Source: a virus (taxonomy: Duplodnaviria; Caudoviricetes). From it: a stretch of DNA of 52,045 nucleotides. Below the pieces are notes generated by a model. The model searched no databases. It had not been told where the DNA came from and saw nothing but the letters and a program-made list of their open reading frames with translations. The position numbers were made by a program, and so were the translations under genes. The stretch covers positions 1 to 52,045 of the IMG/VR virus record IMGVR_UViG_3300047376_000089; one strand, written 5' to 3'. Below are positions 7,464 through 16,040 of this stretch, piece by piece (the stretch's first letter is position 1; every line of letters begins with the position of its first letter).

Positions 7464-8047
7464 TGTCTGTAAGACAAATACTAAAAGTATACAAGTCGGC
7501 TACTGCTGACGAAGTGAAGCATGGCATGAAATGGTACGCCATTGCCAAACGTGATAGCACTAAGGTAGCCAAGGAATTTGGTATCAGTATAAATACTGTT
7601 GTCGGTGTAGTTGCTGCACTGTCACCCAACTTAGGTTGGAATATCAACATCAAAGCTGCTCGTATTCTAGTCGAGTGCTTTGCCAATGGTGGTGCAATGG
7701 ATGACGTTACTGTGTCAGCCTATCCACAGAACAAGCTGAAAGCTTGGGAAATGCTTGAACAAAAAATGGTTCGTAAGAAAACCATTATGGCTAAACTCAA
7801 TGGCCCTAAGACTACTGCGTTCTTTGCCAATATCATTGGCCTTGACGTTGTGACAGTTGACGGTCATGCTAAGAACATACATGATGGACTACGTAGGGTT
7901 CTCAAGAACAGTAACGTAGGTGTCAAGGAATACAGAACCATATCGGAAGCTTACTACAAAGCTGCTGACAAGGTGGGTATCAAAGGCTATCAAATGCAAG
8001 CTATCACTTGGGTAGCATGGCGTAGACAACATAACATTGCGAGGTAA
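7463..8047 (+). CDS. HhH-GPD/EndoIII-like fold protein, putative DNA glycosylase
   Basis: WY...GVVAALSP...GPKTTAFFANI...VTVDGHA...QMQAITW. Confidence 0.6.
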   Translation: MSVRQILKVYKSATADEVKHGMKWYAIAKRDSTKVAKEFGISINTVVGVVAALSPNLGWNINIKAARILVECFANGGAMDDVTVSAYPQNKLKAWEMLEQKMVRKKTIMAKLNGPKTTAFFANIIGLDVVTVDGHAKNIHDGLRRVLKNSNVGVKEYRTISEAYYKAADKVGIKGYQMQAITWVAWRRQHNIAR

Positions 8048-8051
8048 AATT

Positions 8052-8354
8052 ATGATGGACGATTTACACAACAACATTAATGTTTGGCATGGCACTACAA
8101 AAATATCTATATGCCAACACTGGGATACACCTAGTGATAGGCTTAATGGTGATGCTGCTATGCAAGAGGTAGGTATTATACCTGATGATGGTGACTGGGG
8201 AAATATGCACATTGAAAAATACTCTGCCAGTTTAGATCATCTTATAGATGTATTGGAAGGAATACGACATGAAATTGAAGCAAAGAAATATAACGAATCC
8301 AGTGGCAAAGGCGATGCTAGAGCAACGCAAACCGCCACAGGTAGTGCCACCTAA
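8052..8354 (+). CDS. Hypothetical protein
   Basis: ORF with GAGG RBS. Confidence 0.6.
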   Translation: MMDDLHNNINVWHGTTKISICQHWDTPSDRLNGDAAMQEVGIIPDDGDWGNMHIEKYSASLDHLIDVLEGIRHEIEAKKYNESSGKGDARATQTATGSAT

Positions 8355-8424
8355 GAAGGGCACGAAACGCAAGCCTAGTAAGAAGGAGAAGTATAATGCG
8401 TTACGAGATGCAAAACTTTGTTAA
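8269..8424 (+). CDS. Small basic protein (NPVAKAM motif)
   Basis: Hand-translated 51 aa; overlaps the previous ORF. Confidence 0.5.
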   Translation: MKLKQRNITNPVAKAMLEQRKPPQVVPPKKGTKRKPSKKEKYNALRDAKLC

Positions 8425-8542
8425 GTTTGCAAGCACCAAAAAAGTGTCCAATGTTGGACAGAAACCTAAACGTGATGAGCACAAACGTTTACGTAAAATT
8501 GCACGTAAAAACAAAAGCTTAACACAAAAATTATCAAACTAA
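8408..8542 (+). CDS. Small basic protein (44 aa)
   Basis: MQNFVKFASTKKVSNVGQKPKRDEHKRLRKIARK... Confidence 0.5.
   Translation: MQNFVKFASTKKVSNVGQKPKRDEHKRLRKIARKNKSLTQKLSN
8445..8460. promoter_or_regulatory. Palindrome copy 4
   Basis: TGTCCAATGTTGGACA. Confidence 0.7.
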
Positions 8543-8555
8543 AAAGGAGAAAACT

Positions 8556-8786
8556 ATGTTTGTATTACTAGCTACTAAACCCCTCAATGATGGCACTAAA
8601 GGCTTTCGTTTTAACTTCTTAGGACAGAAAGGCTTGCTACGTAAACGTAGTCGGAAGTCTCGTGGCTTCTCACTATTCAATCGTGACAAGTGCATGACTG
8701 CACACCATGTAGGCAAGTACAGTCTATATGTTGAGCATAACCGCAACCAAAAAACAGAACGTAGGTTCTGGCATTTCGCAGGTTAA
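8556..8786 (+). CDS. Basic hypothetical protein
   Basis: RBS AAAGGAG. Confidence 0.75.
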   Translation: MFVLLATKPLNDGTKGFRFNFLGQKGLLRKRSRKSRGFSLFNRDKCMTAHHVGKYSLYVEHNRNQKTERRFWHFAG

Positions 8787-8908
8787 TGGTGATAACACGT
8801 CATAAGGGTAAGTACACTGTGTACGGTGATGATGGGTATGTGCTCGTCATCACACGATACAAGAACGTTGCAAAACAAATAATCAAGGATTATAAAAATG
8901 AAAGTTGA
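8786..8908 (+). CDS. Small hypothetical protein (40 aa)
   Basis: TAATG coupling; MVITRHKGKYTVYGDDGYVLVITR. Confidence 0.55.
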   Translation: MVITRHKGKYTVYGDDGYVLVITRYKNVAKQIIKDYKNES

Positions 8909-9263
8909 AGTATATTTTAATCTACACAGACGTGTATTCTCTGTCCGTTCATGTAAGACTGGACGTGTAATACATCATGCAAAAGATGTACACATTGTGA
9001 ACCCAAAGTTTGTGGTTCGTGAAGGTGGCAGACAACGTGTACTGCGTGAACGTAAGAAGAATGTTCATGCCTTTGTTCGTGGTAATCTCACTGCCTTTAA
9101 AGATAGTCCAAGCTATCTTGCAGATACTATTGGGTATAATCCATTCAAGTATGATAGCTTTGTTAAGATGCCAGATGAAGCACCTGTGTACAAAGCATTT
9201 CGTGCATGGTTAAATGTAAACGGCAATGACATGCCAACAATACAAGCAGAAGGAGTACAATAA
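8898..9263 (+). CDS. Conserved phage protein of unknown function
   Basis: VYFNLH..FSVR...GRQRVLRERKKNVHAFV.G motif. Confidence 0.85.
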   Translation: MKVEVYFNLHRRVFSVRSCKTGRVIHHAKDVHIVNPKFVVREGGRQRVLRERKKNVHAFVRGNLTAFKDSPSYLADTIGYNPFKYDSFVKMPDEAPVYKAFRAWLNVNGNDMPTIQAEGVQ

Positions 9264-9541
9264 TGACAGAGAAAACAGTAAAGACAGAGCTAACTCGTGA
9301 AGAGGTAGTAGAACTACTAGGTCTGTATCACATCATAGATGAGATAGTCCATGACTTTGGAGAGATGTTCGACACTGACCTTGGTAAGGTGCGTAAGCTA
9401 CAAGAAATGTCTTGGACATTGAAAAATCTATTTGACTTTAGACCAACCACAAATGACAATGGTTATCCAGAGCACTATCGTCCATACGTTATGCCTGACG
9501 ATGACAGGGCGTGGTATCACACACCAGAGGAAGACCAATGA
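9263..9541 (+). CDS. Hypothetical protein
   Basis: Coupled ORF with RBS. Confidence 0.75.
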   Translation: MTEKTVKTELTREEVVELLGLYHIIDEIVHDFGEMFDTDLGKVRKLQEMSWTLKNLFDFRPTTNDNGYPEHYRPYVMPDDDRAWYHTPEEDQ

Positions 9542-9777
9542 TAGTAAACGGATATGAAATAGTAGTTGAGATTGATGGTGTCAAAAGCCTTATCAATCTT
9601 GACGATCTGTACCCATCCATCAAGGACTGGCACAGTGCGGCAGAGTTCGCCATGAAGATGGCACGTGAGGCAAATCCTAACGCAGTACACATTGACTTCC
9701 TTGAGTGTGGTGAGTATGAACTTGAAGGGTACGAAGAGATACCCTATATACATGAAGCACCATTTCAAGTGCAATGA
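9538..9777 (+). CDS. Acidic hypothetical protein
   Basis: ATGA overlap with previous stop; GAGG RBS. Confidence 0.7.
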   Translation: MIVNGYEIVVEIDGVKSLINLDDLYPSIKDWHSAAEFAMKMAREANPNAVHIDFLECGEYELEGYEEIPYIHEAPFQVQ

Positions 9778-9790
9778 AAGGAGAGTACGA

Positions 9791-10153
9791 ATGGAAGCCA
9801 AGATAAAACTAACTAAGACCATGCTCGACAAGAGCATAATAGATGCCAACAAATCTGTGCAGCAGTTTCTAACTGAGGAACTAGAGCACACGTTTGATGA
9901 GCTAGATGCAGGTGAAAAGATGCCTTGGAACTCATTGTATGAGGACAATACCCCTACAACTGTTACATTCTACAAAGCCAAAGGCAGAGGTGACAAACGT
10001 ATTAGCATCAAGAACTTGCGTAAGTTTGCAGCAGAGGGAGACACTGTGAAGCTACGATCAGAGGTTGTGATGATTGAAGATTGCATCTTTGATGTACGTG
10101 TAGTAGTGTATAAAGAAGATGATGACCAACAAGGAGAAACCGTTGCCGCCTGA
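9791..10153 (+). CDS. Stand-alone restriction-endonuclease N-terminal-like (EcoRII-N/B3-like) domain
   Basis: LTKTMLDKSIIDA...FYKAKGRGDKRISIKNL; RBS AAAGGAG. Confidence 0.5.
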   Translation: MEAKIKLTKTMLDKSIIDANKSVQQFLTEELEHTFDELDAGEKMPWNSLYEDNTPTTVTFYKAKGRGDKRISIKNLRKFAAEGDTVKLRSEVVMIEDCIFDVRVVVYKEDDDQQGETVAA

Positions 10154-10204
10154 TGATCCACACGATGACTGGGGCAACCACCCATTACCCAAGGAGACAC
10201 TAAC

Positions 10205-10714
10205 ATGAATAGATTTCTAATAAGCTACACACCTGAATGGATTGCACGTGAACTGTGTGACAAGCACATAGTCAAGATGCCATTGGAAGAGGCACAGATG
10301 TTATGCACTGCTGTATGGCAACATGCACCTGAGTATGCAGAGAAGCATGACCTATACAAGCCAGTGCATCAGAAGCACCCATGTACAATATGGGCAGCTA
10401 AAACTCGTGCCAACTACAACTATGGCCTTGCCTTGTTTGACCACATGCAAGCTGAGTACAGCTACAGGTATGGCAGACGCCATGCTTCCAACAAGCATTA
10501 CTTTGCCTTGCAAGATGCGGCACAGTACATACCTGAAGGTGACATGACACCGCACCCTGAGTGTTTCAGTGAGCACACTGACCTCAAGAGTGGTGAGAAC
10601 TGGCCTATCAAAAGCTATCGTAAGTTCTACATGACCAAGCAACGTAGGTTCAGTATGAAGTGGACGAACCGTCCAGTGCCATCATGGTTTCATTTTGAAG
10701 AGGAGTATGCATAA
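10205..10714 (+). CDS. Pyrimidine-dimer DNA glycosylase/endonuclease V family protein
   Basis: MNRF...CDKHIVKMPLEEAQML...YKPVHQKHPCTIW. Confidence 0.75.
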   Translation: MNRFLISYTPEWIARELCDKHIVKMPLEEAQMLCTAVWQHAPEYAEKHDLYKPVHQKHPCTIWAAKTRANYNYGLALFDHMQAEYSYRYGRRHASNKHYFALQDAAQYIPEGDMTPHPECFSEHTDLKSGENWPIKSYRKFYMTKQRRFSMKWTNRPVPSWFHFEEEYA

Positions 10715-10887
10715 TGATGTACGTATTAATATGGATGCAGTTGTTCAGTACACAGACGGTGGAGCACTACCAGTTAGGTAGCTATGCCACACTGGAAGAG
10801 TGCCAGATACAATTGAGTAAGGCAGCTAAGATGATAACACACAAGTCAGAGACAGTGGCTTGTCTAGAGGTGGAGACACAACAGTGA
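10714..10887 (+). CDS. Small hypothetical protein (57 aa)
   Basis: MMYVLIWMQL...YATLEEC; GAGGAG RBS. Confidence 0.65.
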   Translation: MMYVLIWMQLFSTQTVEHYQLGSYATLEECQIQLSKAAKMITHKSETVACLEVETQQ

Positions 10888-11216
10888 TACTATACAAGTC
10901 AAGTAAGGGTCAGTGGGTTGGCACTCAGAGAGATGCTCAAAGATACTTTCCTAGAGATTGGGAGCAAGTTGAAGTGCCTGTGTCTAAGGAGTACCTCATT
11001 GAGTTCCTAAACGTTCACAAGGTAGGGGCGTATTCACAGTCTCCACCACCACAACAGCCAGTGATGACTGCACCTGACCCAGAACAGATAGACCCAGAAG
11101 CATACAGTTGGGTGTCATGGGCGTATGAAACCCTAGCAAGGGGAGACAAGGCAGAGGCACTCAAGATGTTAGAAAAAGGTTTAAGTAAACAGAAGGAGTT
11201 GATGAATGACGCCTAG
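10884..11216 (+). CDS. Hypothetical protein
   Basis: GTGA overlap start; GGAG RBS. Confidence 0.7.
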   Translation: MILYKSSKGQWVGTQRDAQRYFPRDWEQVEVPVSKEYLIEFLNVHKVGAYSQSPPPQQPVMTAPDPEQIDPEAYSWVSWAYETLARGDKAEALKMLEKGLSKQKELMNDA

Positions 11217-11397
11217 TGAAGCAGCAGAGATAGAGGCAAAGAAAACATTCAATGCCTTTGTCAAATGGTCTAAGGTTACTTTGTATTGGATCATTGGTAT
11301 ACTACTTGTACTAGCATCATGTGACTTTGGAACGGACACCAAGACAGGTAGTCAATACAACGGTGCAGTGTATGCACCATCAAACATAGGAGAATAG
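11206..11397 (+). CDS. Small membrane protein/lipoprotein resembling aa3 cytochrome c oxidase subunit IV
   Basis: KKTFNAFVKW..TM..LLVLASC. Confidence 0.5.
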   Translation: MTPSEAAEIEAKKTFNAFVKWSKVTLYWIIGILLVLASCDFGTDTKTGSQYNGAVYAPSNIGE

Positions 11398-11398
11398 G

Positions 11399-11791
11399 AT
11401 GATAGCTGAGATGCTTACATGTATTGCACTTAACGTGTACTACGAGGCACGTAGTGAGCCATTGGAAGGACAGTACGCAGTGGCTCATGTCGTACTCAAT
11501 CGTGTAGCAAGTGACAGGTTTCCAGATGACGCATGTACGGTGGTGCGGCAGGGTCTGGAGAAGGGACTGGGTAGATGCCAGTTCAGTTGGTACTGTGACG
11601 GTAAGTCCGACACACCCACAGAGAAACGAGCATGGCTCTACTCACAACTTGTAGCACACAAGGTAGTGCATGGGTATGTCAAGGACAATACCGATGGGGC
11701 TATCTACTACCATGCCAATTATGTTCGCCCCTTTTGGAGCAAGCACTACGACCACACTGTGACTTTAGGGTCACACATATTTTACAAGTAG
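11399..11791 (+). CDS. Cell wall hydrolase (SleB/Hydrolase_2 family)
   Basis: CIALNVYYEARSE..GQYAVAHVVLNRV...CQFSW...GAIYYHA...HIFY. Confidence 0.92.
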   Translation: MIAEMLTCIALNVYYEARSEPLEGQYAVAHVVLNRVASDRFPDDACTVVRQGLEKGLGRCQFSWYCDGKSDTPTEKRAWLYSQLVAHKVVHGYVKDNTDGAIYYHANYVRPFWSKHYDHTVTLGSHIFYK

Positions 11792-11820
11792 CTTATCGTT
11801 ACTAGTACAGGGAAGGGCAA

Positions 11821-11833
11821 TATGATATAACTA
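11821..11833 (+). promoter_or_regulatory. Extended -10 promoter element
   Basis: TGATATAACT in an intergenic gap; weak -35. Confidence 0.5.
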
Positions 11834-11874
11834 ATTATCAGTTGCCAATATAACAAATGAAAAGGAGAAAATAT

Positions 11875-12705
11875 ATGCCATTTGATATTCCAACACACTT
11901 AGACTTTGATGTAGAATTTGAACCAACAAAGATGAATGACAAGAAATATGTTATAAATCAAGACACTGGCGATTACCTTGGTATCGTAGGTGATGGGTTC
12001 AAGTGTGCATCACACGGTGACTTCTACCGTAATATGTATGATACAATTACAGAGGAGTTAACAGACGGTGACATTGAAAACGCCAATTACAGGTGGTCAA
12101 CCGCACGTAATGGGGCATGGTCAATGCTCGACATTACTCTGCCTGACATGCAAGTACCTATCGTGACAGACAAGATGGAGACTAGCATTGGCAATCGTAT
12201 CATTGCTTTGCATGGTGTCGATGGGTCATGCAGTAACCAAGTATTCTTTGGGGCAATTGATTTCTTTTGTACCAACGGTATGATACGTGGTGAGTTTGAT
12301 AAGATACGTAGGAAGAACACCTCGAACTTTTCCTTGGAAAGTTTTATAGGTGAGCTACAACGAGCACGTACTGACTTCTATACAGAGGCAGCTAAAATGC
12401 AAGTGTGGGCTGAGACTGACACTAAGTACATCGACATCAAGTCATTGCTTGACGAGATGATAAAGTCTGACCGTAAGGCAGAGAGGATGTATGAATTGTA
12501 TCTGCATGAGGCATCACAACGTGGTCACAACAAGTGGGCATTGTATTCTGCGTTCACTAACTATGCTTCCTATGCTGATGAACGTAATGGTTTCAACCTA
12601 CGTAACACTGGCAATGACACACAGGCAATCAGCATGTGGTCACGTGAACAAGAGGTATCCAAATGGGTATCAGACAAGAAGTTCATACAGTTGGAAGCTG
12701 CTTAA
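11875..12705 (+). CDS. DUF932/DUF945-like protein
   Basis: LGIVG..F...H; HGVDGS; FFCTNGMI; WALYSAFT. Confidence 0.75.
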   Translation: MPFDIPTHLDFDVEFEPTKMNDKKYVINQDTGDYLGIVGDGFKCASHGDFYRNMYDTITEELTDGDIENANYRWSTARNGAWSMLDITLPDMQVPIVTDKMETSIGNRIIALHGVDGSCSNQVFFGAIDFFCTNGMIRGEFDKIRRKNTSNFSLESFIGELQRARTDFYTEAAKMQVWAETDTKYIDIKSLLDEMIKSDRKAERMYELYLHEASQRGHNKWALYSAFTNYASYADERNGFNLRNTGNDTQAISMWSREQEVSKWVSDKKFIQLEAA

Positions 12706-12887
12706 TGCGTAAAAGATATGATGTAAAAATCCTTAAACAGGATGAGCTTATACGATATTCAGATGGTACGTATAGTAAACGAGTAGACATGCCTTGGTAT
12801 GCCTTTGTAATCAGAATTTATGCAGATAATAAGGAGCAAATAAAAGAAATGGTAGCAGAAAATATAGAATGGATTGAGACAGTATAA
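12705..12887 (+). CDS. Hypothetical protein
   Basis: TAATG coupling on both sides. Confidence 0.6.
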   Translation: MRKRYDVKILKQDELIRYSDGTYSKRVDMPWYAFVIRIYADNKEQIKEMVAENIEWIETV

Positions 12888-14014
12888 TGGTAGCACTGCC
12901 TAGATTTGTACAACAACGAGTGTCACTTTCGGGTGACACATCGTATCGTTTCAACCCACCACAGAGACTTGTCAATGCAGGTGTCGTGTCACGTGAAGAG
13001 TTAGGTAATGACCTACGTGTAAGTAAACAACTTGCCAAGGAGTTAAACAAACAGATAGATGATTGGAGAGTTGAACAGTCAAAGGTTGTGAGCATCAAGC
13101 CAAGCAGCAAGGTTACAGACCTAATCAACTTCTATTATTCTTCTAATGATTTCAATATGTTACGTGACTCTACAAAGATCGACTACAGGTATTTCCTCAC
13201 CATCTTACATCAGACAATGGGCTGTCGTAAGTACAAGGATGTTACATCTAAGATTGCCAAGGCTGCGTATGAGGAATGGGTGTCACGTGGTATTAGTTTT
13301 GCTAATCATACTGCTACTTGTGCTAGTAGGATATACAACTATGCAATACAGATGGAACATGCAGAGCAGAACCCATTTGCTAAGATCAAACGTAAGCAAC
13401 AGAACCAACGTAAGGTTGTGTGGACACATGGTGAGGTTAACAAGTTTCTTGACGTAGCATACAGTGACTTTGAGTACCGTAACTTAGGGCTGATTGTACA
13501 CATGGCATATGAGTGGTGTCAGAGGCTTGGAGACATGCGTAATCTTACATGGGATTGCCTTGACCTCAAAAAGCAGCAGCTTACTATGGAGCAAAGTAAA
13601 CGTAGGGCAGAGGTGTTTCTACCTATCAGTGACAACCTCAACGCCATGCTGCTAGAACAGAAAGCTGACTTTGGTTTTCAACAGTGGGTAGTACCACACC
13701 CAAAGCCAAGGTCAGGTAAGTTTGAGCCGTATGCTATGGAGAGACTGTCCAAGGTTGGACGTAAGGTAATGAGACTGGCTAAACTGTCAGAGGAACTACG
13801 CCTTATGGACATACGTAGGACTGGTGTAACAGAAATGGTAGACAAAGGTGTGCCGTTGCCACAAATTATGGCAGTGACAGGGCATACACATGTGTCTTCT
13901 GTGAAACCATATATGAAACATACATATGAAAGTGCAAATAATGCCTTGACACAGAGAGATACTTATGTACAATCGAGTGTAACGAGTAACATAGAAAGTG
14001 ATATACATGATTAA
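12887..14014 (+). CDS. int: Tyrosine recombinase/integrase
   Basis: QRLGDMRNLTW, QSKR, MDIRRTG, TGH, terminal Tyr (KPY). Confidence 0.88.
   Translation: MVALPRFVQQRVSLSGDTSYRFNPPQRLVNAGVVSREELGNDLRVSKQLAKELNKQIDDWRVEQSKVVSIKPSSKVTDLINFYYSSNDFNMLRDSTKIDYRYFLTILHQTMGCRKYKDVTSKIAKAAYEEWVSRGISFANHTATCASRIYNYAIQMEHAEQNPFAKIKRKQQNQRKVVWTHGEVNKFLDVAYSDFEYRNLGLIVHMAYEWCQRLGDMRNLTWDCLDLKKQQLTMEQSKRRAEVFLPISDNLNAMLLEQKADFGFQQWVVPHPKPRSGKFEPYAMERLSKVGRKVMRLAKLSEELRLMDIRRTGVTEMVDKGVPLPQIMAVTGHTHVSSVKPYMKHTYESANNALTQRDTYVQSSVTSNIESDIHD
13746..13761. promoter_or_regulatory. Palindrome copy 5 (within integrase)
   Basis: TGTCCAAGGTTGGACG. Confidence 0.55.
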
Positions 14015-14801
14015 TATATTAGATCATATAAGTGATATGGACATTGGTAATGGAGAGACTAGACGTACTAACTGTCCAGTATGTAATGGTGTAAAAACAT
14101 TTACAGCTACCAATAACATGGGTCAACTTGTATGGAATTGTTACAAGGCAGGGTGTCGTGTGTCGGGTGGCACACGCACTCACCTTACCAGTGATGACAT
14201 TCGTAAGTCACTTGGTACTGTAGCTGAAGAAACAGAAGCTGTATCCTTTCAGAAACCTGAGTGGATAGTAAAAGACTACAGCATGATACAAAACTTTTGT
14301 AGGGATTGGGAATTGCATCCATCCAACTTAGGTTTGTTGTATGATGTTCGTGAAGACCGTGTGGTATTTCCTGTGGTGCACAACAATATCATGGTGGATG
14401 CTACAGGTAGAGCACTAGGGAAAAAGTTACCTAAGTGGAAAAGATATGGAAAAAACTCCTTGCCATATGTATTTGGATGTGGTAAAACTGGAGTAGTCGT
14501 TGAGGACTGTGTGAGTGCAGCTATTGTAGGTGCGACAGGCGGTTCTGGATGCTCAGAGGGTGACGTATATGTCGGGGTAGCAGTGTTGGGTACGTCACTC
14601 TCTGAGGTACATAAGAAGTACTTATCACAGTTCGACACGATTATTATTGCACTTGACCCTGACGCATTACCAAAGACACTGCAATTTGCTAAAGAGTTAC
14701 GTGGTTATGTTAATAACGTAAAGGTATTACGTTTGATAGATGACCTGAAGTATCGTAATCCTACCGACATTAAAAACTTAAACACACTAGGAGATATATA
14801 A
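14007..14801 (+). CDS. DNA primase (Zn finger + TOPRIM)
   Basis: CPVC...WNCYKAGC; VVVED; ALDPDA. Confidence 0.88.
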   Translation: MINILDHISDMDIGNGETRRTNCPVCNGVKTFTATNNMGQLVWNCYKAGCRVSGGTRTHLTSDDIRKSLGTVAEETEAVSFQKPEWIVKDYSMIQNFCRDWELHPSNLGLLYDVREDRVVFPVVHNNIMVDATGRALGKKLPKWKRYGKNSLPYVFGCGKTGVVVEDCVSAAIVGATGGSGCSEGDVYVGVAVLGTSLSEVHKKYLSQFDTIIIALDPDALPKTLQFAKELRGYVNNVKVLRLIDDLKYRNPTDIKNLNTLGDI

Positions 14802-16025
14802 ATGGAATTATCATTAATACGAAGCTTGATGGACAGAGAGTTCTACGAATCACATCGTGGTGCTAAATGCCCTGACAGATTATTCAGTAAGGATGTTCGT
14901 AAGATCAAGCAAGCTATCGACAAGGCTATGGATCGTTATGAACGTACCGTTACACCAGATGAGATTGAGGCACTGTTCATGTCAAACAATCCCACCATGA
15001 CAACAGCACAGAAACAGGCGTATGGTTCTTTATTCAACCAGATTAAACGTGAGTCACCTATGGGTGGTGATGTAGCACAAGAGGTGCTGTCGAAGCTGTT
15101 CCAACAGGTAGTGGGCGAGGACATTGCTAACCTTGGGTTTGACTACGTGAACGGAGACAAGAACAGTCTCGAACCACTACGTGATTTACTTGAACGGTAT
15201 GCAGATGACTTCACACCTGATCTAAACATTGAGTGGGATGACATTGAGATTGATACACTGCTTGCCAAGAATGATTTGGAATCACAGTGGACATTCAACA
15301 TACCAAGTTTGACACGTAAGGTAGAGGGCGTCAATGCAGGACACCTGATTGAGATAGGTGCTAGACCTAACACAGGTAAGACCTCATTCCACGCCTCTCT
15401 CATTGCCTCTCCTAATGGGTTTGCCCATCAAGGTGCACGATGTGTTATACTATGTAACGAGGAAGCTTCTCACCGTGTTGGTGCTAGGTATCTTACAGCA
15501 GCTACAGGTATGACAATGCAGGAAGTCAAGAACAATCCTTCCAGAGCACGTGACGTTTATGATGCAGTCAAGAAGAACATCAAGATCAAGGACGCATCTG
15601 ATCGTGACATGGCATGGGTGGAGTCAGTATGCAAGTCGTACAAGCCTGACATTGTTGTGCTCGACATGGGTGACAAGTTTGCTAGGACTGGTGGCTTTGC
15701 TAGACCTGACGAGGCACTGAAAGCTAATGCTATCTATGCCCGACAGATTGCCAAGTCACACAACTGTGCTATCTTCTACATGTCTCAGCTATCTGCTGAT
15801 GCAGAGGGTAAGGTACTACTCAACCAGAGTATGATGGAAGGTTCACGTACTGGTAAGGCAGCAGAGGCTGACCTCATGGTATTGATTGCTAAGAACCCAG
15901 TGGTTGATGGTCAGGATGAAGAGGACACACAACGTCACTTGAATGTTGTGAAGAACAAACTATCTGGATGGCATGGTGTTGTTCATTGCGAGTTGGAATA
16001 CAAGACTGCAAGGTACATGGTTTAA
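14802..16025 (+). CDS. DnaB-like replicative helicase
   Basis: Walker A GARPNTGKT; IVVLD; SQLS; KNK. Confidence 0.92.
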   Translation: MELSLIRSLMDREFYESHRGAKCPDRLFSKDVRKIKQAIDKAMDRYERTVTPDEIEALFMSNNPTMTTAQKQAYGSLFNQIKRESPMGGDVAQEVLSKLFQQVVGEDIANLGFDYVNGDKNSLEPLRDLLERYADDFTPDLNIEWDDIEIDTLLAKNDLESQWTFNIPSLTRKVEGVNAGHLIEIGARPNTGKTSFHASLIASPNGFAHQGARCVILCNEEASHRVGARYLTAATGMTMQEVKNNPSRARDVYDAVKKNIKIKDASDRDMAWVESVCKSYKPDIVVLDMGDKFARTGGFARPDEALKANAIYARQIAKSHNCAIFYMSQLSADAEGKVLLNQSMMEGSRTGKAAEADLMVLIAKNPVVDGQDEEDTQRHLNVVKNKLSGWHGVVHCELEYKTARYMV

Positions 16026-16040
16026 TGAAAGGAGTTAATT

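Noticed and set aside
6026-8460. Palindrome copies as a CRISPR array
   Set aside because: Repeats are only 14-16 bp with irregular spacing of hundreds of bp; no cas operon
8733-8750. CCGCAACCA resembling a tRNA-fMet 3' end or attP core
   Set aside because: Only 9 nt, intragenic, far from the integrase, no cloverleaf; no tRNA gene recognised anywhere in the window
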